The notes: a model not told the origin generated them from the sequence alone. A DNA stretch of 63,185 bases, filler included, from Octopus bimaculoides (GCF_001194135.2; 4 parts of 4 records of this genome joined end to end with filler, not necessarily neighbours in it), one strand, 5' to 3'. Counted from the whole stretch's first letter, positions 38,857-51,940 are shown. Made by a program: numbers and translations.

Positions 38857-39098
38857 GTGTAGTTATTTTCACTGTATTGAAAGTGCTTTATGTAGGATGT
38901 GTACAGTGCCTAGTAGTGCTATTTTCTGTATGTTATATATATATTCGTAAGCCATTAGGCATGATTAAAAAGCATGCAGACAAGTACATAACCAAAACAT
39001 CATGACTAATGAATATATATAACATACAGAAAATAGAACTATTAGTCACCGTACACATCCTACATAAAGCACTTTCAATACAGTGAAAATAACTACAC
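38857..39098. repeat. About 240-bp near-perfect inverted repeat
   Basis: Arm 38857-38946 pairs with 39011-39098 with only a few mismatches. An inner cattaggcatgat/atcatgactaatg stem extends it. Confidence 0.92.
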
Positions 39099-39185
39099 TG
39101 AAACAAACCACAGCACATATCCAAAGTAAACAGAGCTGTGCTTGGTAGTGCAGTGAAAGCACATGATAAAAATAAGGCTACTGAA

Positions 39186-39196
39186 TAATAATAATG

Positions 39197-39293
<97 letters not shown>
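39186..39293. repeat. (TAA)n microsatellite at the 5' flank of the Dong-like element
   Basis: Seen directly. Confidence 0.95.
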
Positions 39294-39294
<1 letters not shown>

Positions 39295-42200
39295 TGGATA
39301 AAGGAACCTGTGGAAGACTTGTAGGAAGTGGTCTTTTAACGAAAATAAAAGAATTAATTAAAAAAACGAAATTTTACTGCCATACAAAGCACAGTTTCTG
39401 CTATTCACGATGTCTCAGTGAAACATGTGCGAAACACACATGCGAAATCAACACTGGAAAGTTTACGAATTATAAAATAGAAATGGAACAAAACAGTAAG
39501 TACATAAATTGAGTAATTACGCATACACTTGAATGTCTACACAATCATATATACATTTTGATACCCATAGGACTACATATACATCACAATGTTTACACAA
39601 CTACGTGAAATTTACAGGACACACATTCACACATATGAAAACACGTGTCACAAATGAAGCAAAAACAAAAACAAAACTTTTTTTTAATATTTTTCAAACT
39701 AACACAAACAGAGTGAACCATTCATAAGTTTAAAAACACCAAAAAGACTATGCTCGGAGATAAATCTATCAACAAAAAAAAATACAGACGAATATAGATC
39801 TGTTAGCCTTAAGAAGCTATGTTACGAGCAATGTTTACATGCAGAGAACTTGGTGACGGTGTTGTCTCAAAAATTTGACCCTAAACAGACAAATCCATCC
39901 CCTAATGTCAACATCGAAGCTTGTCATACCTCAACGATAACAAAGCAAATTACAAACCAGATTGGTCATTGACCAGATCACAAAGGGCCACATACTCAAT
40001 ATAGATCTGTTAGCCTTAAAAAGCTATGTTACGAGCAATGTTTACATGCAGAGAACTCGGAGATGGTGTTGTCTCAAAAAATTAACCCTAAACAGACAGA
40101 TCCGTCCCCTAATGTCAACGTCAAAACTCATCATGCCTCACTGATAACAAAGCAAAATACAAACTGGAATAGTCATCAGCCAAACTACAAAGGGCCACAT
40201 ACTCGAATGATGAACCAGATTCGATATGAAAAATCAGATACTGGTTCAAATCTTCCTGAAACACAGGAGCTGGATGTACCCCACAACCAGAATATTCCAA
40301 CAAATGGCCATCCATGCTCGTCATCAAATAACCAAAATGAAAAAGAACGAAAAATGGTCTAGGGAAGATAATAAAGAAGTTCTTACCCTTCTGCCAGGCC
40401 ATATATATCCCCACAAATAAATCTAATACTGTACAAACCTACTGGAGACAGAAACACCTTGAAGTAAGACCCTACATAGTAACAAACTTGCCAACGTCAG
40501 AAGAAACATTATAAAAAAGAAATTACTAACTTAAGTAGAGATTGACCAAATTAAACAAGCAGTAAGGGATAAAAGGAATGAAGCTACAGCTAAAGAAGAT
40601 ACTACAGAAGAAATAATTATAGACTGATGAAAATGCAGTAATGATTGAAAGAGTTAATGTAATTGATAGGCAAAGTGAACTACTCTCTGAACCAACCATA
40701 AACACTAAGGCAGATGAAAATCAAATAAATAAAGAAAGTCACACATAAATTGACCCAACAGAACTACATGATCTAAAAAATTACATCATGACTGAATGGC
40801 TGAAAATTAAAGAAACCAGTATGAATGAACTCGATACTGTCCCAAAAATTTGCAATTCTAATCAAAACCTGAAAATAATTGGTAAAATCCACCTTGCACT
40901 TAACAATATAATTTCAGCTAATGATGTACTATGCATCTGCAAAAATCTCAACGATTCTATGTGGTGAAAAGATTAGAAAATGACAACATTCCCACAAAAA
41001 GCCTTCATGGCAAGAGCGTATTAATGAGTAGCTGATCTTTACAACCAAATTAAGCTACTTAGATCTGACATAGAACACCAAATTAAGCTACTTAGGTCTG
41101 ACATAGAATGTTTAAAAAACCATAAGTTTGACAAGACTATCAAACCTACAGAAATCCGAAAATTAAAGAAAAAATATAATATGAAAACCATATTTGACAT
41201 TGATACCACCATAGAAACCATCAAGCAAAAGGTATGTGCTAAAGCTGCCCACATAGCAAGGTATGAAAAGCACATTAGATTCTTCAAGGACAACAACATG
41301 TTCAAAAATAACCCCCATAATTTTTACAGGAAGATAGGGAAAATATCAGTTACAGTAAGTCTGTCCCATCAAAAGAAGTGCAGGAATTTTGGAATAAAAT
41401 TTGGGCAGAAGAAAAAATACACGTGAAAAGTCCCCTTGGATTGATTGAATATCTACAGACTTAGACTCCTTAGAAGAGCAAAAGTGGGAGGGTGTCAAGG
41501 TAGAAGATATAAAGATCTGTTCTCAGTAAGTCAAACAAATGGAAGTTTCCAGGAAAGGATAAAATTCCTAACTTCTGGTTGAATGCCTTCTCAGAGAGCC
41601 ACGAACTACTAACAAAATTTTGCAACAAGCTAGTATGATTCCCTTTGGTTAGTTAATGGTTTAACACTCCTACTTCCAAAAAATGAAGAAACAAATGAAC
41701 CAAAAAATTATTGTCCCATAACCTGCTTAACAACAATGTATAAAACACTAACATCTGTCCTGACTGAATATACCTATAGTTTTTTAATAGAAAGTGGCAT
41801 ATTCCCTAATGAGCAAAAGGGATGTAAACGTGGATCTTATGGTTGTAAAGATCAGCTACTCATCAATAAGATGATCTTAGAAGATTGTCATAAACGACAC
41901 AAAAACTTGTCAATAGCCTGGATAGACTACAAAAAAGCTTTTGTTAGCCTACTACATAGCTGGATTAAGAAATGTCTGGAAATGTATAAAATAGCTCCTA
42001 CTCTGCAAAACTTTTATCTGTAAGTATGAGATCATGGAGAACCACACTGACATTGAACAATGACAATGAATCTCTAAATGCTGGAGATGTAAGAATTTCA
42101 TGTGGCATTTTCCAGGGTGACTCACTATCACCACTCCTCTTCTGTCTAGCCCTCTTCTGTCTACCACATATAAAATTTTAACGTCCATTCTCATGGAGAA

Positions 42201-44566
42201 AACATACTAATTTATAGAACAGAACGATATTTTCTCCACTGAATGAAAAGGGTGCTGACAAGGCCCATATGGATGCAAAGATCTGCTCCTAATCAACTGC
42301 ATGATCCTTGAGAACTGTCATAACAAATACAAAAATCTCAGTTCCACATGGATTGATTATAAAAAAGCCTTTGAGAGCATGCCACATTTATGAATCTTGA
42401 AATTGCTAGATATCTTCAAAATTTCTCCTGTAATTTCAAACTTCCTGAAGCACAACATGTTAGTGTGGAATACAAATCTCCAATTATACCACTCTGATGG
42501 AATAATGACCTCAAACAATATTAATGTCAACTGTTACATTTTCCAAGGTGACGCACTTTCACCTCTCATTTTTTGAATAGCCCTAATGCTTCTTACAAGT
42601 GAACTTAACAGAACAGGGTTTGAGTATAAAATTGACAACAAGGAAATAAGTCAACTATTTTCAAATTCATTATGTACTGCATTCAGTGATGACATCTGGT
42701 TGGAATTTGGTCTTGATAAATGTGCCAAGGCCATTTTCCAGAAAGAGAAAATGAAGACCTCACATTCAGTGGTGTGAGATGTTGACACAGATATAAAAGA
42801 GAACTTGAGCAGGAACAAACTTATAAATATCTTGGAATAAATGAGGGCTCCGGCATTCAGCATGTAAGCATGAAAGAGAAGATCAGAAAGAAGAGTTTGA
42901 GCAGTCGTGAAATCTGAGTTAAAAGCACATAACAAGGTGTTGGCTTTTAATTCCTTAATAGTTTTATTTATTTATAGTTTCAATGTATTGAACTGGAATA
43001 TCAATGCAAAATTGACAGGAAAATCTGTAAGCTGTTGACTTACAATAAGATGCACCACCCAGAGTCAGATGTAGATCGTCTTTACCTTCTCAGAGCCCAA
43101 GGAGGTTGAGGCTTGAAATCTCTTACAAAACCACTATGATTAGACTGGCCAAATATCTTGAAACATCTTACAACTGGATGCTAAAACTCATTGAAAACCA
43201 CAAGAAATGTAAGAAGCTTCATTCTGTCATGAAGGAGAGCAAGAAATTTGCTAGTGAGTTCATGCATAAAACACAAGTTGAACAGCATGATGGAAGTGTG
43301 GCAACTGTTGTTGCAAAGAAGGTGAAATCAATGTCAAAGGAAAAAGTGTTTGAACATTTGGCTGATGAGTAGGAACAAAAACCTCTGCGTAGCAAATATG
43401 TGGCCTATAGCAAACAAGTTGATGTAGACCAGAAGCAACACCATCAGTGACTATGGAGCTCAGGGCTAAAGGCAGAGAGGAAAGGCTTTATCTTAGCTGC
43501 TCAAGATAAGAGCTTATTGACCTGTAACTACCAAGCCAATGTAATGAAAAATGGAGTAGACCCAAAGTGCAACGATAAAATTGAAACAGTGGACCATTTA
43601 ATCTCTGGGTGTAAAGTTTTAGTAGCAGCTATAGGATATAAATCAAGACATGACAGTTTAAATCAGTGGTGAGTTTTAGTGGAAATCCCTCGGTAAAGAT
43701 GATGTGCCAAATTTCTGGTTCACGTCATTCCTGTGCGCACACAAAAAGTTAGTTCTGCTATTCAATGAAATTATGAGAAATCTTAAGAAAATACCTGATT
43801 GGTTAGCAAGTGATATTACTTACCAACTTCCAAAGAATAATGAAACCAAATCTCCCCAAAATTATTGGCCCATAACCTGTCTACCACATATAAAATATGG
43901 TTAATATGTTGGCATTAAAAAATCAAAACTGCTGACAAATGGTACAAGCACCACCCTGAGGCTGTAACTGACGGGGAAAATGTAACAATTCTTTGGGACT
44001 TTCCAGTACATACAGACCAGACCATCAAATTTAATAAACCAGATATTGTAGTGCAAGATCAAAACAATAAAGTCTGTTTATTGATTGACATGAGTATACC
44101 TAGTGATCTTAATAGAGTCTGATAAGCTCAGAAAATATAAAGACTTGCTAATTGAAATTGAAAATATGTGGCATCCCAACACCAGTGATTGTAGGAGCAC
44201 TTGAAATGATCAAAAACGGAACTGAAAATTATTTGAGGATGATCCCTGACTTACCATCCATGCAAGAAATGCATAAGATTATTTTAACTGGTATGTTACA
44301 TGTATTGAGAAGAACATTGTCAATGAATTTTCTTTCCTTTTTCCCTTTTATTTTCTGTTTTCTTTTTTTTCATTTGTTTTCTTAATTTTTTTCATTTTTC
44401 TTTTCTTTTTCTTTATTTCTTTCTTCCTCTCTTTCTCTTTCACATGACTTTGTAAATGAACAATCTGGTATGTTTATTTTAATGGCCTACCAATGTATAC
44501 AGTAAGTTTCTTTGCCCTAGGTGTCGGTAAGGCACTTGGCTAGAAATGGAAACAAAATTGAAAGAC
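39294..44566 (+). mobile_element. Dong/R4-clade non-LTR retrotransposon (RT + CCHC + restriction-like endonuclease), near full length, pseudogenised and mosaic
   Basis: N-terminal RKWSREDNKEVL; RT EQKGCKRGSYGCKDQLLINK, WIDYKKAF, GIFQGDSLSP; ETVDHLISGC...SRHD; RLE ILWDFPVHTD..IKFNKPDIVV...LIDMSIPSD; PVIVGAL. Flanked by TAA-rich repeats on both sides. The 5' boundary is approximate. Confidence 0.9.
39791..40204. repeat. 207-bp tandem duplication
   Basis: Units 39791-39997 and 39998-40204 both start aatatagatctgttagcctt and end caaagggccacatactc. Confidence 0.95.
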
Positions 44567-44650
44567 AATAATAACAATAATAATGATAATGATAATAGAA
44601 ATAATAACAACAACAACAACAACAGCAACAATAATAATAATAATAATAAT

Positions 44651-44780
44651 CCTTTCTACTATAGGTACAAGGTCTGAAATTTTGGGAGTAGGGGATACTC
44701 AATTACATCAACCCCAGTGTTCAGCTGGTACTTATTTTATCAATCCTAAAAGGATGAAAGGCAAAGTCGACCTCAGTGGA
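44651..44780 (-). mobile_element. SINE family B (partial)
   Basis: cctttctactataggtacaagg...aggatgaaaggcaaagtcgacctc. Confidence 0.8.
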
Positions 44781-44789
44781 AGTGACATC

Positions 44790-45595
44790 ACTGTGTTTAC
44801 TTCACAAGTTGTGGAATTTGTGTGTTTGTCATCACATATAAGTTGTAGTCTGTGATTTTGTCATGGACAAGAAGTTGGAATAGAAAACCAACATGAAATT
44901 TTGCGTTAAACTTGAGAAGTCTGCTACAGGGTTTTAGGGTTGATAAAATAAGCATGCTGTGAAAAGCTTATGGCAATGAGATAATGGGTCGTACATAATG
45001 TTTCAAGTGGCACAGGTGCTTCAAAACTGGAAGAACATCCCTGGAAGATGATTAGCGATCTGGAAGACCTGCCATGAGTGTCACCCTCCGAAATGTGGTA
45101 TTGTGCATCAAGAATTCATCCCCCAAGGTCAGACAGTCAATCAGAAATTCTACTGTGTCATTTTGAAGCATTTGAGGGAGGACATTTAGTGAAAGCAACT
45201 GGTTCTGTGGAGTGCGAAGAATTGAATTCTTCACGACGACAATGCACCCTGTCACCGAGCTCTCCTCACTCATGAGTTTCTCACCAAAAACAACATGGTG
45301 TCACTTCCACATTGCCCTATTTATCTGATTTGGCACCTGAAGACTTCTATTTCTTCTCTAAGATGAAAATGCAGCTCAAAGATCACCACTTTATCACCGT
45401 TGTTGAGATCCAAAGAGAATTGCAGAAGGTCCTTGACTTGCTTACACAAAATGACTTCCAGGCTGCATTCCAAAAGTTGCAGGAATGCTGGGATCAATGT
45501 ATTGCTGCATAAGGTGACTATTTTGAAGGAGATGATGTTCAAACTTAGGTAAATAAGTTATTTTTTATTGATAACATGAGTGGAAAAACTTGGAT
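44790..45595 (+). mobile_element. Internally deleted mariner transposon
   Basis: MDKKLE*K..KFCVKL...FKTGRTSLEDD*RSGRP; LHDDNAPCHRALLTHEFLTKNNMV; YLSDLAPEDFYFFSKMK. Confidence 0.9.
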
Positions 45596-46884
45596 CTTGT
45601 GAATTTTCCGAAGTCCTCTCCCCACCCCACCCCCATCGCTTTCCATGCATTTTTGTTTTGATATTCATTTCCTACACGATTTTTACACCTGTTGCACTAC
45701 TTTTTTTAAAATTTCATTTCCAGATAATATTGTAAACATTAACCAAAATTTTCACAGTGCACATGGCAAAGTAANNNNNNNNNNNNNNNNNNNNNNNNNN
45801 NNNNNNNNNNNNNNNNNNNNNNNNNNNNNNNNNNNNNNNNNNNNNNNNNNNNNNNNNNNNNNNNNNNNNNNNNNNNNNNNNNNNNNNNNNNNNNNNNNNN
45901 NNNNNNNNNNNNNNNNNNNNNNNNNNNNNNNNNNNNNNNNNNNNNNNNNNNNNNNNNNNNNNNNNNNNNNNNNNNNNNNNNNNNNNNNNNNNNNNNNNNN
46001 NNNNNNNNNNNNNNNNNNNNNNNNNNNNNNNNNNNNNNNNNNNNNNNNNNNNNNNNNNNNNNNNNNNNNNNNNNNNNNNNNNNNNNNNNNNNNNNNNNNN
46101 NNNNNNNNNNNNNNNNNNNNNNNNNNNNNNNNNNNNNNNNNNNNNNNNNNNNNNNNNNNNNNNNNNNNNNNNNNNNNNNNNNNNNNNNNNNNNNNNNNNN
46201 NNNNNNNNNNNNNNNNNNNNNNNNNNNNNNNNNNNNNNNNNNNNNNNNNNNNNNNNNNNNNNNNNNNNNNNNNNNNNNNNNNNNNNNNNAAATATGAGTG
46301 CAGAAATAACAGCAAACTCTTGAAAAAAGAAAAGTAAAAACAGCAAAGAAATACTGTGACAAAGTAAAATTAAAGTGCTTTTTTTTTTTCCAACTGAAGC
46401 CTCTGCCATGTACACCAGTGGAATTTAGGAGGGATAAACTTCTGCAATGTGTTTGAGAAATATATAGAAATTCTGGAAATTTTTCTTTGCTGTAAATCCA
46501 TACATTTCTTGATACATAGATTTGTCGATGTGAGACCATTTCATATCACCCGATGATCCAGTGACATACTTCAACCATCTTTTGATTCAGGACCAATAGG
46601 CCTCAATGTGGTTTGTGCAAGCACCGGTTTCAGGGTCAACAAAGTTCTGTGAATGGGTTACCGTTTGGTGAATATAGCCAAATTGCTGTAAATTTCTATA
46701 GCTGGCCCATTTATCAGTATGAATTGCAGTACCAGGCAACACATTTTCTATTATCACAGTTTCCAGTGTTGCTGTGCTTCTGTCGGGTACAAAAATCCTT
46801 TCTTCACAGTGGTGTCATAACACCTGACAACCCGTGTTTGATAGCCTGTCCTCCCTATGTTGTCATATCCTTCTTCCCTTTGTC

Positions 46885-47043
46885 ATATTACTCTTGGAGT
46901 GGATGGTGTTAGGAAGGGCATCCAACTGTAGAAACCTTGCCAAATCAGATTGGAGCCTGGTGCAGCCTCCGAGCTTGCCAGTTCTCAGTCAAACTGTCCA
47001 ACCCATACCAGCATGGAAAGTGGACGTTAAACGTCGATGATGA

Positions 47044-47047
<4 letters not shown>
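46885..47047 (+). mobile_element. 3' end of the RTE family (or an RTE-tailed SINE) with GAT tail
   Basis: Matches 33225-33368. Confidence 0.85.
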
Positions 47048-47092
<45 letters not shown>

Positions 47093-47094
47093 TA

Positions 47095-47303
47095 CAGTAA
47101 TCCTTTGACTATTGCGGGTGTTATGTTCCAAAACCTCCCACAGAAATAATTAAAACCTAAAAAAATATAAATACCATAGAAGCCTGCGATATAAATATAC
47201 ATATATTTGTCAGAAAAATCCCAAATGTACTAAATGCGCAATAGGTGAGTCATGATGTATTGAGTGCATGATAGGTGAACTGTGATATGGAAAGGGATTA
47301 CTG
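47095..47303. mobile_element. Tigger/pogo-like MITE
   Basis: TIRs cagtaatcc... / ...ggattactg, flanked by TA on both sides. Confidence 0.75.
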
Positions 47304-47934
47304 TAACTACTGGTATTTTCAATTTTTATTTCTTATTTCTTACTTTTTACATTATGACCTAACCAAAATACTCCTACAGTTATTATATATTTAATTCACG
47401 CTGGCAGTAGCCTTCCCCCCATAGATAGGAATGTACCAGTAAGTATTATAACTATTCTAATTCTATTACTAAATTTTTCAGTCGGGCGAAAGGTTTTCAG
47501 AGGGATAGCATGTAACATCAATTAATATATCCTTACTTTCTCTTTTTCTCTTTCTTTTTCTTTTCTTTTTCTTTACTTTTCCACTCTGATGAAGTTCCAC
47601 TATTTAAGTTGGTATAATTAATTATTGACAATGATAATTATTATTGTTATTATTATTATTGTAATAATTAAGCCTGATAATGGTCTAAATAGTGCTGCTG
47701 ATGATGTTGGGGGTTGTGAACTGCTTCAGATGATTCCTGTTTTTAAAGGTTTTTTTTTTCTTAAAATCATATGGCTGTGTTTTTTTTTATCCCCGCCAAG
47801 GAAGTTATGTTTTTGCCAGCGTTGGTTTGGGAAATTGGGCGATTTTCAGCATGCGTGTATATGGGTGGAAATGAGCTGCTTGGCAGATGTCTGTGCTCTC
47901 CGAGTGCTTTTCTAGTTCTTTCATACTTTTATTT

Positions 47935-48110
47935 GTTTCAGTCATTTGACTGCAGCCATGCTGGAGCACTGCCTTTAATCGAACAAATTGACCCCAGGAC
48001 TTATTCTTTGTAAGCCCAGTACTTCTAAGCTAAGTTATGAGGGTGTAAACATGCTAACATCGGTTTTCAAGCGATGGTGGGGGAACAAACACAGACACAC
48101 AAACATATAC
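47935..48110. mobile_element. SINE-like family D
   Basis: Homologous to 19000-19200. Confidence 0.6.
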
Positions 48111-48133
48111 ATATACATACATACATACATATT

Positions 48134-48439
48134 GGATGTGTAATGTCAGTGTGCATACTAGACAGAGTATCAGTACCTTGAGAGAAAAGTTGAACTTACG
48201 AAGCATCAGTTGTAGTGTGCAAGAGAGACGACTGCGCTGGTATGGTCATGTAGTGAGAATGGATGAGGATAGCTGTGTGAAAAAGTGCCACACCTTAGCA
48301 GTTGAGGGAACTTGTGGAAGAGGTAGGCCCAAGAAGACCTGGGATGAGGTGGTAAGGCACGACCTTCGAACATTGGGCCTCACCGAGGCGATGACTTCTG
48401 ACCGAGACCTTTGGAAATATACTGTGCGCGAGAAGACCC
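48134..48439 (+). mobile_element. RTE-clade LINE C-terminal fragment
   Basis: ERRLRWYGHVVRMDEDSCVKKC...GRGRPKKTWDEVV; homologous to 32380-32670. Confidence 0.9.
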
Positions 48440-48483
48440 NNNNNNNNNNNNNNNNNNNNNNNNNNNNNNNNNNNNNNNNNNNN

Positions 48484-48495
48484 TTAATTAATTAA
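48484..48495. other. Artificial scaffold-join linker
   Basis: N44-TTAATTAATTAA-N44. Confidence 0.9.
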
Positions 48496-49361
48496 NNNNN
48501 NNNNNNNNNNNNNNNNNNNNNNNNNNNNNNNNNNNNNNNTATATATATATATATGCGTGAGTCTGTTACGTTATTTGTGATAAGTTTTCGTCTTTTAGGC
48601 CATACTTATTTTCCAGAACTTGCTTAATCACAGTTTATTCAACAAAATTTCAATAGCAAAATTCTTAAAACCAGAAATCTTTGTTCGCAACCGTAATAGC
48701 AGCACTACTGTTAAAGAATGGTTGCACTTGTTTGAGAACTTTTACCAAAATTTTTACATCATACTAATACAGACACAACTAGCAATATTTGATTATATCA
48801 GTGAATGCTGTCGAACTGTTGAGGCGACTTTACAATTAATCAAAGAACGAAGTATTTGAAAGACGTCTACGTGCTACCTGAAGAAACTCCCTGATGAACC
48901 TTTGGGTGAATATCTACACTGCTTTAAGTAATTTGGTAAAGATTGTAATTATACAACTATACAACAAATAAAGCCAATAGAAAAGAAGCATTTGGAGGTG
49001 CCTTTATTAATGTAATTCAAAATAATTACATGATACTGCAGTCACTGGAAAACTACGTACCAAATGCAGGATACCATTAACAAAGCAAACGTGCTGGATA
49101 TAGCTCAAAAGAATTCTGAGCAATATAATAATTCCACAATCCTTTCAAATGTTTAAATGTGGCTATAATAGAGACGATAATAATAGTTTGATTGATTGCA
49201 GTGCCATTAATTCATATTGTAAAAATGCATTGATTATGACTAATAATAACTTTTGTTAGTATTATTGACACTGCCAAAGAGGTTATTTGCGGCAAATGTG
49301 GGAAGGAAGAGCAGCTTTGTATATATTGAAAAATCTTCTGATAAGCTAACAACCGCTAAAC

Positions 49362-50073
49362 GCTACAGTTCTCTATTAGCAACAACACACTTGTCTATTT
49401 TTACTAGTTTTAATAAATATATTTCCTAATGGACACGTATAAATCTCTTGTAAATAGCAGATCTACCGACAGCTTTACATGTCTAAGAGAAAAGGAGATC
49501 TAAACATTATCTATATTTTTCTGCTGTGGTTAGATAGGCCATTTATAAAACGCCAGTACATTTTCGTTACTGTTGCTTGACTTTAGGAATAAACGGACAA
49601 AATTATTCTTATACTTGCTTATCTGTTAAACAAAAATGGCTACAGATGTTATATTAGGTGAAAATTTCATAGCCCTTCATGAATATATTACTCTTAAATA
49701 TGGGAGAAATAAACCTGTTGGATTCTTAAAAACACTAGCGTATGTTTTACATCTTTATTTAATAATATAACTTTTGATTGTTACCTAATAACTACTTTAT
49801 TTAGGCGGCATTCTTTCGATGAATATAATTTTATTCAAAGTAGAATAAGATTAGTCTCTTAACTTACTGCATGCTTTGACATTTTATAAATGGCCTTTCT
49901 AACCATAACAGAAAAAATATAGATAAAACATAAATCTCCTTTTCTCTTAGACAGGTAAAACTGTCGGTAGAGCTGCTATTTACAAGGGATTTACACGTGT
50001 GTCCGTTCAGAAATGTGTTTATTAAAACTATTAAAAATAGACTATTGTGTTGTTGTTAATAGAGAACTGTAAC
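49362..50073. repeat. Inverted duplication with about 195-bp arms (49362-49555 and 49878-50073)
   Basis: gctacagttctctatt...ttgtaaatagcagatctaccgacag...ggccatttataaaa is the reverse complement of the second arm, roughly 85% identical by eye. Confidence 0.9.
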
Positions 50074-50117
50074 AAAATTTCCTCTTGAAGAGGACAGGTT
50101 TTAGTTACAATAGGTAA

Positions 50118-50330
50118 TAATTTAGGCTCAAAGTCAGTAATTTTGAAGGAAAGAGATTAGTCGACACAATCGGCCCCAGTACATGAATGGTACTTTATTC
50201 TCTGGAACCGGGAGAGATGAAAAACAACGTTAACGCCGGCAGTATTTGAGTTCAGAATGTGAAGAGCCAAAAGAATATTCGTAAGATATTTTCTAGAACG
50301 CTCTAATGATTGTGTCGGCTCGCTCGTCTT
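50118..50330 (-). mobile_element. SINE family B inserted in the Gypsy remnant
   Basis: ggtactttatt...gatgaaaaac..cgttaacgccggcagtatttgagttcagaatgt. Confidence 0.7.
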
Positions 50331-51734
50331 GTAAATAAAATAATGATCTTAATTAGTTTATTACAAGCAGACTATCAATATATTTACTCCCCATGATACA
50401 TACCTTTTACCTCGGGTGGTTGATATTTATATTATTGCACGAAATTCGGTTTGCAGTATTTTTGATTTGAAGAGTGCATATTATGAGATTCCGATAAAAG
50501 ATATAGATAAAAAGAAAAAAAAAAATCCTGCTTTAGAGGCTTGCAAAAAGTTATGCTAAAAGTGTAGACTCTACTTCGATCTGACAAATACTTTGCAATG
50601 TTTTCAACGACTTATTGATGATATCATCAATGGCAATAATTGTGTTGGATCTGTTGTACATTTAAATAATGTAAGAGGAAATTCACAGGAAGAACGAGAC
50701 ATTAATCGTAAAAGGTTTTGAGCTGTAGCTAAAGATTGCTAACTGACTTTTCATGAAGATAAATGCACATACTCTACAAATAGACTTTACTTACAAACAC
50801 GATCGACTATCGGATAACACGTAAATCGCTAAGACGTAATCTCATCGTGTAAAAAGGTACTTCTCGATTTACCTAATCCTAAATTTCTTAAGAACTTCAA
50901 CAACAATTAATTGAAATATTTGCCTATTACGCGCTATGTATTATTCATTGTATTGAGCATATACACATTTTGATTCAATGTAAAGAGTTCGCTTTAAATT
51001 ATATCCTTACTGAAGTTTTGGAACTACTGAAGAATATATTCTACCTCCTGTCACGTTGCAAACTGTAAGTAATGGTATTCTTTTCACAGTTGAAACTGTT
51101 GCATCAACATTTTCTGTATCAATTATTCTCAAAATAAATAAATCAACCAATCAACCAGTTGCATTCCAAACCAGAAATCTAAATTTCTCTTCGCTCGAAA
51201 AAGAAACACATGCCTTTGTACAAACCTTGATAAATTGGAATCATCTACTTACAGTAATTTAATTCTCATTATGGAATAGTAAAGTTAATAATGAAAATTA
51301 TCTAAAAATAGTATGTAGAATTATCTCACTATGTTAATGAGATTATATAGGGACTGTTCGAAAATGTTTAGTTCTTGACGCTTTTACTTGAACTTTTTCT
51401 ACCACAATTTTAGAAGATTAATTGAAAAAAAACTATATGAATCACTTTCATCATGGCGTAACACAAATTATTCATTTTATAAGAAGTAAAAATGTGCCTT
51501 ACTCCATCAATGAAATAAAGAGGACATCTTTGTGCCAGATATGCTCTCAACTAAAGCTTCCTTCTCATTCAGTCAAAGTATCTCAGCCCTTTAACTTATG
51601 AATATTGACTTTTAAGGCCCTGAAGCTTCAGCCACTAAACTGTCTATCTTTTAACAATTGCAGAGGAATATTGAAGGCTCCTATTCGCTTTCACATGCAC
51701 AAATACATTTTTTATTATTAAAAATTGTCCCTAT

Positions 51735-51940
51735 AAGGTGGTGAACAGGCTGAATCGTTATTGCATCGAAAAATATTTCTGCCAACTCTTTACATTTTGA
51801 GTTCAAATTCCACCGAAGGCGACTTTGCCATTCATCCCGCCTCGTGGTTGATAAAATGAGTATCAGTTGAACACTGGGGTTGGTGCTATCAATTAGTCCC
51901 CTCCCCACAAAATTTCAAGCTTTGTATCAATAGTAGGAAT
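51735..51940 (+). mobile_element. SINE family B
   Basis: gagttcaaattccaccgaaggcgactttgccattcatcc...gataaaatgagtatcagttg. Confidence 0.75.

Larger units (their letters stand above)
48655..51621 (+). mobile_element. Decayed Ty3/Gypsy LTR retrotransposon internal region (gag-pro-RT-RNaseH-INT)
   Basis: gag LKPEIFVRNRNSSTTVKEW and AQKNSEQY; knuckle AKEVICGKCGK; protease-like VNSRSTDSF; RT DLKSAYYEIPI and FQRLIDDII (about 50445-50935); RNase H FTVETVAS...PVAFQTR...SSLEKE (51056-51262); INT HHGVTQIIHFIRSKNVPYS...CQIC and IDF.KGP. This is Gypsy domain order. LTRs were not found. Confidence 0.85.
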
